From the NCBI GenBank assembly GCA_964442255.1, contig CAYTYC010000001.1:66526-106707 (forward strand): 40,182 nucleotides of DNA, given 5' to 3'. Positions within the stretch are counted from its first letter, which is position 1; each line of letters starts with the position of its first letter. This DNA comes from an uncultured archaeon. GTDB taxonomy: Archaea > Iainarchaeota > Iainarchaeia > Iainarchaeales > 1-14-0-10-31-34. The notes beneath the pieces are model-generated. The model saw nothing but the letters and a program-made list of their open reading frames with translations. It was not told where the DNA came from and ran no database searches. Made by a program: the position numbers and the translations under genes. This document shows, piece by piece, positions 1 through 9,746 of this stretch.

Positions 1-1
1 T

Positions 2-64
2 GAAGTGGAAAAGCCGGACAGCGTGAAACCCTACGCCTTGTGGTTTTGGGTTGAGGTAAGCTGA
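2..64 (+). CDS. possible 3' end of a gene entering from the left edge
   Basis: Open frame EVEKPDSVKPYALWFWVEVS-TGA, followed by a T-rich tract (87-104) shared with the convergent gene. Confidence 0.35.
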   Translation, partial: EVEKPDSVKPYALWFWVEVS

Positions 65-117
65 CAGCGTTTTGAAGGGCAAGCACTTTTTTTTTGTTTT
101 TTTTCCGGTTAAATGAA

Positions 118-1218
118 TTAATCTTTTTCTTTCTTTTTTGGGCCCTTGAGCCTTAATTTATATGACCTGTAAATCGAATGGGCTTTTGCGCTGTGCAGCT
201 GCTTTTCCAGGTTTTCAACCCTTTTTTCCCTGTGGGAAATGATTTTCCTTAAATCTTCCACCAATGAATCCCGTTCCCTTACCTCTTTCTCCAGAGACCT
301 CATTTTCTTTTCGTTTTCTTTTTTTGCTTCCTCTTTGGCTTTCAGCTTTGAGTGCTGCAAATTCAGGAGCTCGCGGCTGTAAGAACTGCGTAACTGCAAA
401 CTTTCATGTTCTATGTCTAAAAGAACTTTTTTCGCGAAATCTTTTTCCCTTTTCAGCAGTGAAACAAGCTCCGGGCCCTTTGAAAGGTAGCCGTACATGA
501 GGTGCTCGGCGGAATCAAACTTTTCCTTTACATCCGCAAAAGAATCATTGATTAAATCAATTTTTTCCGAAAGGCTTTTCATTTCCCCTTCCAGTTCGGT
601 GCGGCTTTTTTCCAGCCTCACTGCAACATCGTTTAAATCGTGCTCCAGGTCAATGGAACTCTTTTCCCCGGCCTTTCCAATAAACGCGTGGTGCTTCAGC
701 TCCTCGTGCTTTTCCCTTAAATCATGGAACTCTTTTTCCCTTGTTTTAAGCAAACTCATCACATGGGATGCGGTGCTTTTTTCATCCAGGGGGGTGAGCT
801 TTTCGGAGCGGGTGTGCAGGTGCACCTGCTCAAGGATGAAACGCGTTTTAAGCAAAAGGGAAAGGATTTTGTTGCTTAAGTCGCCGTACAGTTCCGGCAC
901 CTCTATTTGCTGCTGCCAGCCCCATTCCTCTTTCTCTTTTTTGTCCTGCTCCATCACAAGGTTTCTTCTGAGCACGTTAATGGAGGAGGCGTAATCCCTT
1001 GCAAGGGGCTCAAGGTTTGGGGCATTCATTCCGGGGTCTTGCTCCATTTTTCCCTTTATTCCGTACACAATCTTCTGTATTTCCTCCAGCCGCTGGATTG
1101 AGGAGTCCAGCGCGTGCACAAAGCTTTTCCTGCTGTATTTCTTCCATTCATTTGAATTCAGGTAATCCTGGAAGTCTTTCACGCGGTGAATCAGCTCTTC
1201 AGCCAGCCTTTCAACCAT
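118..1218 (-). CDS. coiled-coil hypothetical protein
   Basis: 366 aa ORF with E/K/L-rich heptad-like composition; no catalytic motif recognised. Confidence 0.75.
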   Translation of the reverse strand: MVERLAEELIHRVKDFQDYLNSNEWKKYSRKSFVHALDSSIQRLEEIQKIVYGIKGKMEQDPGMNAPNLEPLARDYASSINVLRRNLVMEQDKKEKEEWGWQQQIEVPELYGDLSNKILSLLLKTRFILEQVHLHTRSEKLTPLDEKSTASHVMSLLKTREKEFHDLREKHEELKHHAFIGKAGEKSSIDLEHDLNDVAVRLEKSRTELEGEMKSLSEKIDLINDSFADVKEKFDSAEHLMYGYLSKGPELVSLLKREKDFAKKVLLDIEHESLQLRSSYSRELLNLQHSKLKAKEEAKKENEKKMRSLEKEVRERDSLVEDLRKIISHREKRVENLEKQLHSAKAHSIYRSYKLRLKGPKKKEKD

Positions 1219-1304
1219 TTCAATCCGGTATTATTAAATCTTCGGTTATTTAAATTTCTTTCTACTCGCTTGGAAAACCTTAAAAGCCCCAAAAGCCTAT
1301 TATT

Positions 1305-1631
1305 TTGGGGATTGAAACGGGCTTAACGGATTTGTTCAGGCGAAGGAAAAAAATTGTTTCCAAAGAGCTGGTGAAAGAAGCGGAGTTTGAAGTGCGGTAC
1401 GTGTATTCACTGGAAGGAATCGGGCTGGTTGTGCACGGCTTGCTCCAAAAAGGCGCAATTGAAGAGGGCGTAAACTGCCTTTTGGAAGGCAAAACAGGGG
1501 TTGTGGAAAAAATTCTTTCCCGTTCCTCCCGGGTGAAGTCGGCCTTTGGAGGGCAGGAGTGCTCGCTGAAACTGGGCGCATTCAGGGAAGAAGAGCTAAA
1601 AGAAGGCCAAATCCTGCGGTTCAAGGAATAA
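1305..1631 (+). CDS. stand-alone translation-GTPase domain II (EF-Tu/EF-1A beta-barrel)-like protein
   Basis: VYSLEGIGLVVHGLLQKGAIEEG ... AFGGQECSLKL ... LKEGQIL resembles EF-Tu domain 2; TTG start uncertain. Confidence 0.6.
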   Translation: MGIETGLTDLFRRRKKIVSKELVKEAEFEVRYVYSLEGIGLVVHGLLQKGAIEEGVNCLLEGKTGVVEKILSRSSRVKSAFGGQECSLKLGAFREEELKEGQILRFKE

Positions 1632-1750
1632 GCCCGAAAAGCCGGCAACCAAAAAAAAGGAGTAAAAAAAAATCCGGAAAAGCCGGAAAAATTCAGCGGA
1701 AAAAAAAAATTTGCGGAAAAACCCGCAGAAAAAAAGGAAGATGAAAAAAA

Positions 1751-2746
1751 ATGCCGTGCGCGGAGGAAGAGGTTTGCCTGGGAAGGTCCCGGGAGTTTGC
1801 GGTTGACCCAAAAGGAAAAGCAAAGGCCAAAACGGTTTGCATTACCCACGCGCACTCCGATCATGCACGCCTTTCAAGAAAGGCTTCCTGCGAGTACTGG
1901 ATGACAAGGGAAACACATTCCCTCATTAAATGCAGGGGAAACGGCGCAAAAAAAGTGAAAGAATTGAAGTACGGGAAAAAAATTGCTTTGAACGGTTTTG
2001 GCGTAAGCCTGCATAATGCAGGCCACATCCTCGGCTCAAGCCAGGTGAAAGTGGAGGGAAAAAAAAACATTGTTTTCACCTCGGACTTCAAGCTTTCGGA
2101 TTCCCTGGTGCAGAAAGCAGCCGAAGTAATTCCCTCCGATATTCTTGTCATTGAAACAACCTTTGGCCTGCCTGAATTCAGTTTTCCTTCACGCGAAACC
2201 ATGTACAAGGAGATTGGAAAATGGGTGGAGAAAGGCGTTGCACAAAAAAGGTTTCTCTTGCTTGGCGGTTATGCGGTTGGAAAGGCGCAGGAGTTGACCA
2301 AAGCGGTAAACGAATTCACGGGGGAAATTCCTTTGGTCCATGAAACGGTTTTCAACGCAAACAAGGTGTATGAGTCGCATGGGGTGAAGCCGGGAAATTA
2401 TGTGAAGCTGGACCACAACCTGAAGGACTTTAATGTGCTGATTATTCCCCCGCATTACGTTGACTATAATCTGATGCAGGCGGTTTCCCTTTCAATCGGA
2501 AAAAAAGTTGAGGCCGCCTTCGCAACGGGGTGGAGGTACGGCAGCGGGCTGGCAAGGGTTTTCCACCTTTCAGACCATGCGGATTTCAGTCAGCTGCTGC
2601 GCTACGTGAAAGAGTCCAATCCGAAACTCGTTCTTACGCACCACGGCTTTGCGGAAGAGTTTGCGCGTGCAGTGAAAAGAAAACTCGGAATTGAGGCCCG
2701 CCCTCTGGGGGCGAAAGGGCAGAAAACCTTAAACGAGTTTGTTTAG
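1751..2746 (+). CDS. MBL-fold beta-CASP-type nuclease
   Basis: THAHSDH, NAGHILGS, FTSDF, IETTFG, GYAVGKAQEL, LSDHADF and THHG motifs. Confidence 0.85.
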   Translation: MPCAEEEVCLGRSREFAVDPKGKAKAKTVCITHAHSDHARLSRKASCEYWMTRETHSLIKCRGNGAKKVKELKYGKKIALNGFGVSLHNAGHILGSSQVKVEGKKNIVFTSDFKLSDSLVQKAAEVIPSDILVIETTFGLPEFSFPSRETMYKEIGKWVEKGVAQKRFLLLGGYAVGKAQELTKAVNEFTGEIPLVHETVFNANKVYESHGVKPGNYVKLDHNLKDFNVLIIPPHYVDYNLMQAVSLSIGKKVEAAFATGWRYGSGLARVFHLSDHADFSQLLRYVKESNPKLVLTHHGFAEEFARAVKRKLGIEARPLGAKGQKTLNEFV

Positions 2747-2833
2747 CGCAGGAAATAGCCTTGATTGCTTCCTTAAAAACCCAATGCTCCTTTTCCGCAT
2801 TCTCCCAAAGCAGCCCGGATATTTTCCCTGGCT

Positions 2834-3070
2834 TCACGGGGGTTTTCCCTTTCCTTTGGGTCTTTTGGCGATAGAACCGGCAAGTTCATCCAGGGCCTTT
2901 TGCGCTCTTTTCGTGTCACGCAAACCGGCTCTTGCATCTCCCTGTATTTTTCTTGTCCCGTTTATTAATCTTCCGGCATCTTTTTGAAGTCTTGTGAGTT
3001 GTGCCTGCACAGGGCTTCGCCTGTGAAATCTGCCGGCAATCCAGTTCCAGGCCCGCCTCAATTTCGGCAT
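2834..3070 (-). CDS. small basic orphan protein
   Basis: MPKLRRAWNWIAGRFHRR... helical ORF filling the intergenic gap. Confidence 0.5.
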   Translation of the reverse strand: MPKLRRAWNWIAGRFHRRSPVQAQLTRLQKDAGRLINGTRKIQGDARAGLRDTKRAQKALDELAGSIAKRPKGKGKPP

Positions 3071-3170
3071 ATTTTCCCTCAAATATTAACCCAAGAGGGG
3101 CTTAATTAAGGTATCTTTCAGGCATCTTTTTAAAGACTAAAATAAAAACATTTTCCGGCCACCTTTTTCT

Positions 3171-3884
3171 GTGCAGCCTATCACTTTATACAAAACCATC
3201 CTAAAAGAATTCGGTGAACAGAACTGGTGGCCTGTAACAGAACCGGGAGAAACTGCCCCAACCTATAAAAAAAGAAAATCGCTTTCCACTGCACAAAGGT
3301 TTGAAATCTGTGTTGGCGCAATCCTGACGCAAAACACTTCCTGGCTGAACGTAATGAAGGCGCTTGAGAACCTGAATAAAGCGAAAATGCTTTCCCCGCG
3401 AAAACTGGGTTCAGCAAGAAAGCGGAAGACAGCTTCGCTCATAAAGCCTGCGGGATACTTCAACCAAAAGGCGGGCTACCTGAAAAATTTTTCCGCGCAC
3501 CTGGAAAAAAATTACGCAGGCAAACTGGAGGAGTTATTCAAAAAGCCTTCCGCTGAGCTGAGGAAAGAGCTTCTCTCAATTAAGGGAATTGGGGAAGAAA
3601 CCGCGGACTCCATAATCCTGTACTCGGCCCAAAAGCCCGTGTTTGTGGTGGACGCTTACACGAAAAGAGTGCTTTCAAGGTTGCGTGGGGAAAGGCAAAC
3701 CAACAGCAGTTATGTAGAAGTTCAAAGTTTTTTTGAGTCCCGCCTGCCAAAAAATGTGAAGCTGTTCAATGAATTCCACGCCCTGTTTGTCGCATTGGGA
3801 AAGGATTTCTGCACCAAAACCTCGCCCGGATGCTTCGCCTGCTGCCTGCGCAGAAACTGCGCTTTCCCTTCAGTCAAACCTTAA
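3171..3884 (+). CDS. endonuclease III-related HhH-GPD protein
   Basis: GAILTQNTSW, LLSIKGIGEETADSI, VVDAYTKR and a C-terminal 4-Cys cluster (CTKTSPGCFACCLRRNC). Confidence 0.9.
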   Translation: MQPITLYKTILKEFGEQNWWPVTEPGETAPTYKKRKSLSTAQRFEICVGAILTQNTSWLNVMKALENLNKAKMLSPRKLGSARKRKTASLIKPAGYFNQKAGYLKNFSAHLEKNYAGKLEELFKKPSAELRKELLSIKGIGEETADSIILYSAQKPVFVVDAYTKRVLSRLRGERQTNSSYVEVQSFFESRLPKNVKLFNEFHALFVALGKDFCTKTSPGCFACCLRRNCAFPSVKP

Positions 3885-3982
3885 AACTTCAAAACCCCCC
3901 GGATTTTCTTTTGCCTTCTTTCGCGCTTCTAAACCTTTAAAACCCTAATGCAGGTACTTTATTATGAAATTCAGGTGAACCC

Positions 3983-5296
3983 ATGGAAAGAATGAATTCA
4001 CGCCAAATAACAGTAAAGACTGCGGAAAAAAAAATCAGGTTTTTTGGCTGGGTTTCGGAGAGCAGGGATTTTGGGGGCTTAAGGTTTCTTTCGCTCCGCG
4101 ACAGGTTCGGCTTTTTGCAGGTGACTGCGCACAAAAAAAAAGTCAAGCAGGAATTGTTTGAAAAAGTTCCCGAATTCACAAAAGAATCACTGCTTTGCGT
4201 TGAAGGAAAAATTGAAAAATCGCCGAAAGCCCCTGCCGGGGTTGAACTAATTCCCGACAAAATTGAGCTTGTTTCCAATGCGCATACCCCCACGCCAATT
4301 GATATGAGCGGAAAGATTGAAACAGACCAGTCCGCGAGGCTGGACTGGAGAAGCATTGATTTAAGAAAGCCAAAAAACCAGGCGCTGTTCACTGTTCAGG
4401 CAAAGCTTTTGCAGGGAGCGCAGGAATGGCTGAATGAAAACTCTTACCAGCAGGTTTTCACCCCCTGCCTAATGGGCGCTGCCTCGGAGAGCGGGGCAGA
4501 GGTTTTCAGGATGAAATACTTTGACACGGAAGCATTCCTCCGCCAGGACCCCCAGCTCCACAGGCAGCTGGCAATTGCGGGGGGAATTGAAAAGCTTTAC
4601 GACATCGGCCCAAGCTGGCGCGCGGAGCAGAGCCACACCACGAAACACTTATGCGAGCACAGGGCAATCGCGGTTGAAGAAGCCTTCATTGAGGATGAAA
4701 CCACAACCGAAAGGGCGCAGGAGGAGCTGGTTGTAGCGATGCTGAAAAAAGTGAAAAAAGAATGCAAAGAGGAACTCAAATTACTGGAAGTGGGCTTTAA
4801 AATTCCGGAAACACCTTTTCCCGAACTCCGATTCCCAAAAGTGTATGATATTATTGAAGAAAAAGGCGGAAGCGTTGAAAGAGGCAAAGACCCCGACGCG
4901 GAAGGCGAAAAGATTATATGGGATTACATCCAAAAAAAATTCAAGGCAGACTTTTACTTCTTTAACCGTTTTCCCTTTGAAGCAAAACCCTTTTACGTGA
5001 TGCGCGTGGATGAAGAGCCGGAGTACGCGCGCAGCGTGGACCTTTACTTCCGCGGGCTGGAGTTAAGCTCCGGAGGGCAAAGGGAGCACAGGCATGAAAG
5101 GATTGTTGAACAGGTTAAGCTTAAAGGAATGGCCCTGGATTCGGTTGAATGGTTCACCAAATTCTTCAAGTACGGGGTGCCGCCTCACGGAGGGTTTGCG
5201 ATTGGAATTGAAAGGATTACCCAACAGCTTTTGAATGTTGAAAACATCAGGGATACTGCATTATTTCCCCGGGACCCGACACGGGTCCTTCCCTAG
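3983..5296 (+). CDS. aspS: aspartate--tRNA ligase, archaeal type
   Basis: OB-fold GWV..RDFGG..F..LRD, RLDWRSIDLR, LRQDPQLHRQ, WRAEQSHTTKH, ELSSGGQREH, PPHGGFAIGIER, FPRD. Confidence 0.9.
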   Translation: MERMNSRQITVKTAEKKIRFFGWVSESRDFGGLRFLSLRDRFGFLQVTAHKKKVKQELFEKVPEFTKESLLCVEGKIEKSPKAPAGVELIPDKIELVSNAHTPTPIDMSGKIETDQSARLDWRSIDLRKPKNQALFTVQAKLLQGAQEWLNENSYQQVFTPCLMGAASESGAEVFRMKYFDTEAFLRQDPQLHRQLAIAGGIEKLYDIGPSWRAEQSHTTKHLCEHRAIAVEEAFIEDETTTERAQEELVVAMLKKVKKECKEELKLLEVGFKIPETPFPELRFPKVYDIIEEKGGSVERGKDPDAEGEKIIWDYIQKKFKADFYFFNRFPFEAKPFYVMRVDEEPEYARSVDLYFRGLELSSGGQREHRHERIVEQVKLKGMALDSVEWFTKFFKYGVPPHGGFAIGIERITQQLLNVENIRDTALFPRDPTRVLP

Positions 5297-6604
5297 GTGA
5301 AAGAATTGGCAGAAAAATTTTCCTCAGTCAAAGATGCCCTGAAAAAAAGGAAGGGGCCAGTGAATCTGCGGGGCTGGGTTAAAAGAAAAAGGCAGGTTTC
5401 AGATAATTTTTTCATCCTTTTAAGGGATTCAAGCGGAGAAATTCAATGCATTTTCGGGAAAAAAAAGTTCAGTGAAAAGGAATGGAAACAGCTTTCCTCC
5501 CTGAACTTTGAGTCCTCTGTTCATTTCACGGGAAAACTGAAAGTTGACTCGCGTGCCCCGGGAGGGATTGAATTAAGGGCGGAAAAATTCGCTGCAATTC
5601 ACATTGGAGAGCCGTTCCCAATCCAGAAAGATTTGAGTGAAGAGTTTTTGCTGGATGTACGGCATTTGTGGCTTAGGAGTTCAAAGATGACCGCAATCAG
5701 CAAGGTCCGCGACTCCTTGCTCCATGCAGCCCGGCTTTGGCACAGGAAAAACAATTTTTATGAAACAAGCCCCGCAATAATTACCCCAAACGCTTGCGAA
5801 GGCGGCACAACGCTTTTTCCATTGGATTATTTCGGGGAAAAAAGGTACTTAAGCCAGAGTGCGCAAATGTATTTGGAGGCACTGATTTTCTCAATGGAAA
5901 AGGTCTGGGCGCTTACCCCGAGCTTCAGGGCGGAAAAGCACAAGACAGCGCGCCACCTCTCAGAGTACTGGCACCTTGAAGGGGAAATCGCCTGGGGGGA
6001 CATGTTTGAAATGATGTCCCATATTGAGGAAATGGTGAAATTCATTTGCCATTTTGTCGCAAAGGAAAACCCGAAAGAACTGGGGCTTTTGGGCAGGGAC
6101 CCAAAGGATTTGCTGAAAATTAAAACCCCTTTCAGGAAAATCTCCTACGATGACACCTTAAAGGCCCTTGAAAAAGATTTCCGGAAAAACATTTCCTGGG
6201 GAGTGGATTTAACAATCAAAGAAGAAAAACTCTTAAGCCAGAAAGAAAAACAGCCTTTTTTTATCCACACTTACCCAACCGCAATAAAGGCTTTTTACGC
6301 AAAAGAGGACCCCAAGGACGGCAAAAAATGCTTCAGCTTTGATTTAATTGCGGCTGAAGGCTTTGGCGAACTGTGCACAGGCGGCCAAAGGGAAGACGTA
6401 AACGAAAACCTGGTGAAAAAACTCAAGAAAGACAAAATTCCTTTGAAAAACTATGAATGGTATCTTGACCTGCGCCGTTACGGTTCTGTCCCGCACTCCG
6501 GCTACGGTTTGGGAATTGAAAGGCTTCTTCAATGGATTTGCAAACTGGATTCAATTAAGGACACAATCCCTTTCCCGCGCACAATGAACAGAAGCTACCC
6601 GTAA
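5297..6604 (+). CDS. asnS: asparagine--tRNA ligase
   Basis: EFLLDVRHLWLRS, CEGGTTLF, YLSQSAQMYLE, FRAEKHKTARHLSEYWHLE, WYLDLRRYGSVPHSGYGLGIER. Confidence 0.93.
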   Translation: MKELAEKFSSVKDALKKRKGPVNLRGWVKRKRQVSDNFFILLRDSSGEIQCIFGKKKFSEKEWKQLSSLNFESSVHFTGKLKVDSRAPGGIELRAEKFAAIHIGEPFPIQKDLSEEFLLDVRHLWLRSSKMTAISKVRDSLLHAARLWHRKNNFYETSPAIITPNACEGGTTLFPLDYFGEKRYLSQSAQMYLEALIFSMEKVWALTPSFRAEKHKTARHLSEYWHLEGEIAWGDMFEMMSHIEEMVKFICHFVAKENPKELGLLGRDPKDLLKIKTPFRKISYDDTLKALEKDFRKNISWGVDLTIKEEKLLSQKEKQPFFIHTYPTAIKAFYAKEDPKDGKKCFSFDLIAAEGFGELCTGGQREDVNENLVKKLKKDKIPLKNYEWYLDLRRYGSVPHSGYGLGIERLLQWICKLDSIKDTIPFPRTMNRSYP

Positions 6605-6622
6605 AAATTTTTTTGTGGTAAG

Positions 6623-7021
6623 ATGCACACGATTTCAGTTAGAACAAACAAAAGAAACGAACTGATTGACGTAACAGACAAAGTCCGGGAATTAATTGAA
6701 AAAGCGGGAATGAAAAACGGTGTTGCTGTTGTCGTTGTTCCCCACACAACCGCGGGAATCACAGTAAACGAGAACGCCGACCCAAGCGTTAAAAAAGACA
6801 TTGAAAACACCTTGAATAAGCTGGTTCCGGAGGGCGCGGGATACTCGCATGCAGAGGGAAACCCGGATTCCCACATCAAGTCCTCGCTTGTCGGCCATAG
6901 TGTAATGCTTATAATTGAAAACGGAGAAGTCCAGTCCGGCGCCTGGCAGGGAATAATGTTCTGCGAGTTTGACGGCCCGAGAAACAGGGAAATCTGGCTG
7001 GAATTGCTTGAAAAGCCTTAA
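6623..7021 (+). CDS. yjbQ: YjbQ/UPF0047 family protein
   Basis: PHTTAGITVNENADPSV, HAEGNPDSHIKSSLVG, GAWQGIMFCEFDGPRNR. Confidence 0.92.
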   Translation: MHTISVRTNKRNELIDVTDKVRELIEKAGMKNGVAVVVVPHTTAGITVNENADPSVKKDIENTLNKLVPEGAGYSHAEGNPDSHIKSSLVGHSVMLIIENGEVQSGAWQGIMFCEFDGPRNREIWLELLEKP

Positions 7022-7204
7022 TGCCGGTTTGTGCTATTCTTCGCGTTTTGTACCAAAATTCATTTATAAATGAAAAGCTGCAGTCTATATGGCGAGTTTT
7101 AAGCTCCAAGGCGCCATTCCTCCTGAAGGGAATCAATTGCTTTGTTTCACCTCGCAATTGATTACCTTTTTCTTTTTTTTGCCTGTATTCTTTTTTTGAT
7201 TCAC

Positions 7205-7573
7205 ATGAAAAAAATTTTTTTGGCAGGATTGGTTTTTCTGCTTATTTTGTCCACTGTTTCAGCCGCCGCCCTCTGGGACCCTTTGCGGCCGGTAAGCGAG
7301 GCCGCGGCACAGTTTGATGCTGTAACAAAAGTTTTGGTGTTCGCTTTTTCCGCGGCAATCCTTGCGATTGCCTTGCTTGCCTACAGGAAAACCCGTTCCA
7401 GGCGCTTTCTGCTTATTGCGTTTGCCTTCCTTTTGTTTGCCGGAAAATGGTTCCTGAAAATAATGGACTTGTTTGTAAGCCCCGGCTTGTTCCTTCCTGA
7501 CTCTTCGGAGAACGTTTTTGAGCTCGCGATTCTGGTGCTGCTGTTTGTGGCGCTTTTTTATAAGGGGAAATAG
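7205..7573 (+). CDS. small membrane protein (signal anchor plus about 3 TM segments)
   Basis: Hydrophobic segments; LAYRKTRSRRFLLIAFAFLLF pattern; immediately upstream of an HTH gene. Confidence 0.7.
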   Translation: MKKIFLAGLVFLLILSTVSAAALWDPLRPVSEAAAQFDAVTKVLVFAFSAAILAIALLAYRKTRSRRFLLIAFAFLLFAGKWFLKIMDLFVSPGLFLPDSSENVFELAILVLLFVALFYKGK

Positions 7574-7581
7574 GTGCCTTG

Positions 7582-8112
7582 ATGGATGAAGCCGAGCAGG
7601 CGCTGGAGTTAGGGGCAAGAAAAAAAATCTTCAGCACCATTGACTCTTCACCCGGACTGCATTTCCGTGAACTGCAGAGGAGGACGGGAATTGCGGTCGG
7701 CAGCCTCCAGTATCACCTTGATTTCCTTGAAAAAAAGCACTTAATTCGCGTGGTAAAGGACGGAAAGTTTTCCCGCTATTTTTCCATCCGCGGAAAACAG
7801 TTGGGGGAAAGCCAGAACACAATGTCTCTTTTGCGCAAGGAAAAGGTCCGCAAAATAATCCTGTTTCTCCTTGAAAAAAAGAAAGCCAACCAACTATCCA
7901 TTGCAAACGCAGCCGGGCTTTCCACTTCCACCACCTCCTGGCACTTAAGCCAGCTCATGGAAAAAGGGCTGCTTTCCCGTGAACTTTCCGGAAGGGAAAC
8001 CTTTTTTTCCGTGAAAGAGCCGGAAAAAGTCGCCGGATTAATTGTCAGCCACAGGAAAAGCTTTTTGGATGAATTGGTGGACAGCTTCGTGGAAATCTGG
8101 GAAGAAATTTAG
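7582..8112 (+). CDS. double winged-helix (ArsR-like) transcriptional regulator
   Basis: PGLHFRELQRRTGIAVGSLQYHLDFL and a second HTH, IANAAGLSTSTTSWHLSQL. Confidence 0.88.
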   Translation: MDEAEQALELGARKKIFSTIDSSPGLHFRELQRRTGIAVGSLQYHLDFLEKKHLIRVVKDGKFSRYFSIRGKQLGESQNTMSLLRKEKVRKIILFLLEKKKANQLSIANAAGLSTSTTSWHLSQLMEKGLLSRELSGRETFFSVKEPEKVAGLIVSHRKSFLDELVDSFVEIWEEI

Positions 8113-8220
8113 AAACCCCTTTCCGGGAATCCCGCCTGTTTCAATGGGCGGAAGAGGGGTTTTCATAAGCAGTTTACGAAAAAAAAAATTTGGCGGATTT
8201 TTAACCCGCCGCAGTTTAAT
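8107..8220 (+). repeat. 114-bp dispersed palindromic element, copy 1
   Basis: Identical to 20355-20468 except one base (C8212 vs T20460); contains two hairpins. Confidence 0.95.
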
Positions 8221-8274
8221 GCGCTTTTTTTCCAGGAGCAATGAATTTAAACAGGAAAGTCTTTCCTTTTAAGC

Positions 8275-9618
8275 ATGGAGCGATACATCCGCTACGGAAT
8301 AATGGTTTTCGGCGTAATTGCGGCGATCATTACCTCCTTGCTTCCCCTCGGAATTGATCCGCAGGCGCAGCTTGTTCTCGCCTCAACAATTCTTGTGATG
8401 GTTTTCTGGTTTGCGGAAGTCGTTCCATTGCATGTTTCCGGATTGATTGGCGCATTTCTTTTGATTGTCTGGGCGGGCTTCACGCCCACCGAGGTTTTTG
8501 CCCCCTTTTTTGACCCCGTGCTGGTGCTGCTTTTGGGCGGCTTTGTTTTGGCTGTCGCAATGCAAAAGCACAAACTGGATGAAGTAATAACCCTCACCCT
8601 CCTTTCCCGTGTCGGCCACAGCCCCAAAAAATTTCTCCTTGTTTTGATGGCTTTAACCGCGTTTGTTTCCTTTTGGATGACCAACACGGCCTCAACAGCG
8701 GTAATTCTTCCCATTGCATTGGTTGTATTGGCGGCAAACAAGCTTGAGCCCCTTAAATCAAACTACGGGAAGGCAATCGTGTTGGGAATAGCCTATGCGG
8801 CAACAATAGGCGGGCTTGGAACCCTTATTGGCTCAACCCCGAACGCGATGGCGTTAAAGTTTCTCGGCGACCAGGGCATTCAGCTCACTTTTTTGGACTG
8901 GATGTTTTACGGCGTTCCAATCGTAATCATAATGGTTCCAGTCGCGTGGATTGTGCTGTACAAGATGTACAGGCCTGAGATTGACTCAATTGAGGCCCAC
9001 TTTGAAAGAAAGCCGCTTTCAAAAGAGCAAAAAATTATTTTCGCAATCTTTTTTGTTACTGTTGCGCTGTGGCTTACAACAGGATTCCACGGAATTTCCG
9101 CAAGCACAATTTCCCTGGTGCCGATTATTCTCCTGTACCTTTTTGGCCTGCTTAACACAAAAGATTTTTCCCGGGTGCAGTGGGCCGCGTTAATCCTTTT
9201 TGGCGCAGGGCTTTCAATAGGCACAGCAATGCACGCCTCCGGGCTGGACCAGCAAATAGCCAACCTGCTGCTTGCAATTGTTTTCGGCCAGCCGATGTTT
9301 CTCGTTCTCCTGATAATACTTTTGTTTGCAATCCTTCTCACAATTGTCGCAAGCAATACTGCGGCCGGAGCGATAATGATTCCCGTAATTTTGCCTCTTG
9401 CGCCTGTTATTGGAATCGACCCCAAAATTCTTGCAATCCTTGTTGCAGTGGGCGTGAGCCTGGACTTCATTGTTCCGGTCGGCACCCCGCCTTCCACAAT
9501 TGCCTACAGTTCCGGCTACATTAAAACAAAGGACATGGCGAAAAGCGGAATCGTGGTAGCGGCAATCGGAACACTGGTGGTTGCTTTGCTGGCTTACTTT
9601 GTGTGGGGCCTTTTCTAA
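8275..9618 (+). CDS. DASS/SLC13 family anion:sodium symporter
   Basis: Multi-TM protein with WMTNTAS, GTLIGSTPN, ASNTA and PVGTPPS motifs. Confidence 0.92.
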   Translation: MERYIRYGIMVFGVIAAIITSLLPLGIDPQAQLVLASTILVMVFWFAEVVPLHVSGLIGAFLLIVWAGFTPTEVFAPFFDPVLVLLLGGFVLAVAMQKHKLDEVITLTLLSRVGHSPKKFLLVLMALTAFVSFWMTNTASTAVILPIALVVLAANKLEPLKSNYGKAIVLGIAYAATIGGLGTLIGSTPNAMALKFLGDQGIQLTFLDWMFYGVPIVIIMVPVAWIVLYKMYRPEIDSIEAHFERKPLSKEQKIIFAIFFVTVALWLTTGFHGISASTISLVPIILLYLFGLLNTKDFSRVQWAALILFGAGLSIGTAMHASGLDQQIANLLLAIVFGQPMFLVLLIILLFAILLTIVASNTAAGAIMIPVILPLAPVIGIDPKILAILVAVGVSLDFIVPVGTPPSTIAYSSGYIKTKDMAKSGIVVAAIGTLVVALLAYFVWGLF

Positions 9619-9718
9619 ACCGCGTGCCGCCGAAAAAGTTTATTCTGCGTTAGGGGGTTTAATGCCTTGCCCCTGAGGGCGATTGTTTAACTGACTTTGC
9701 CAAATGAAAAATCAGATG

Positions 9719-9746
9719 CCCCTGCCTTCCGGCAGGGGAGCAGTCA
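9719..9746 (+). other. GC hairpin resembling an IS200/IS605 right end, or a bidirectional terminator
   Basis: CCCCTGCC-TTCC-GGCAGGGG followed by AGCAGTCA, between convergent genes. Confidence 0.5.

Noticed and set aside
8038..8272. Similar short ORFs here and at 20169-20414 containing MKTPLPPIETGGIPGKGFLN
   Set aside because: These are translations of the 114-bp repeat, not a protein family.
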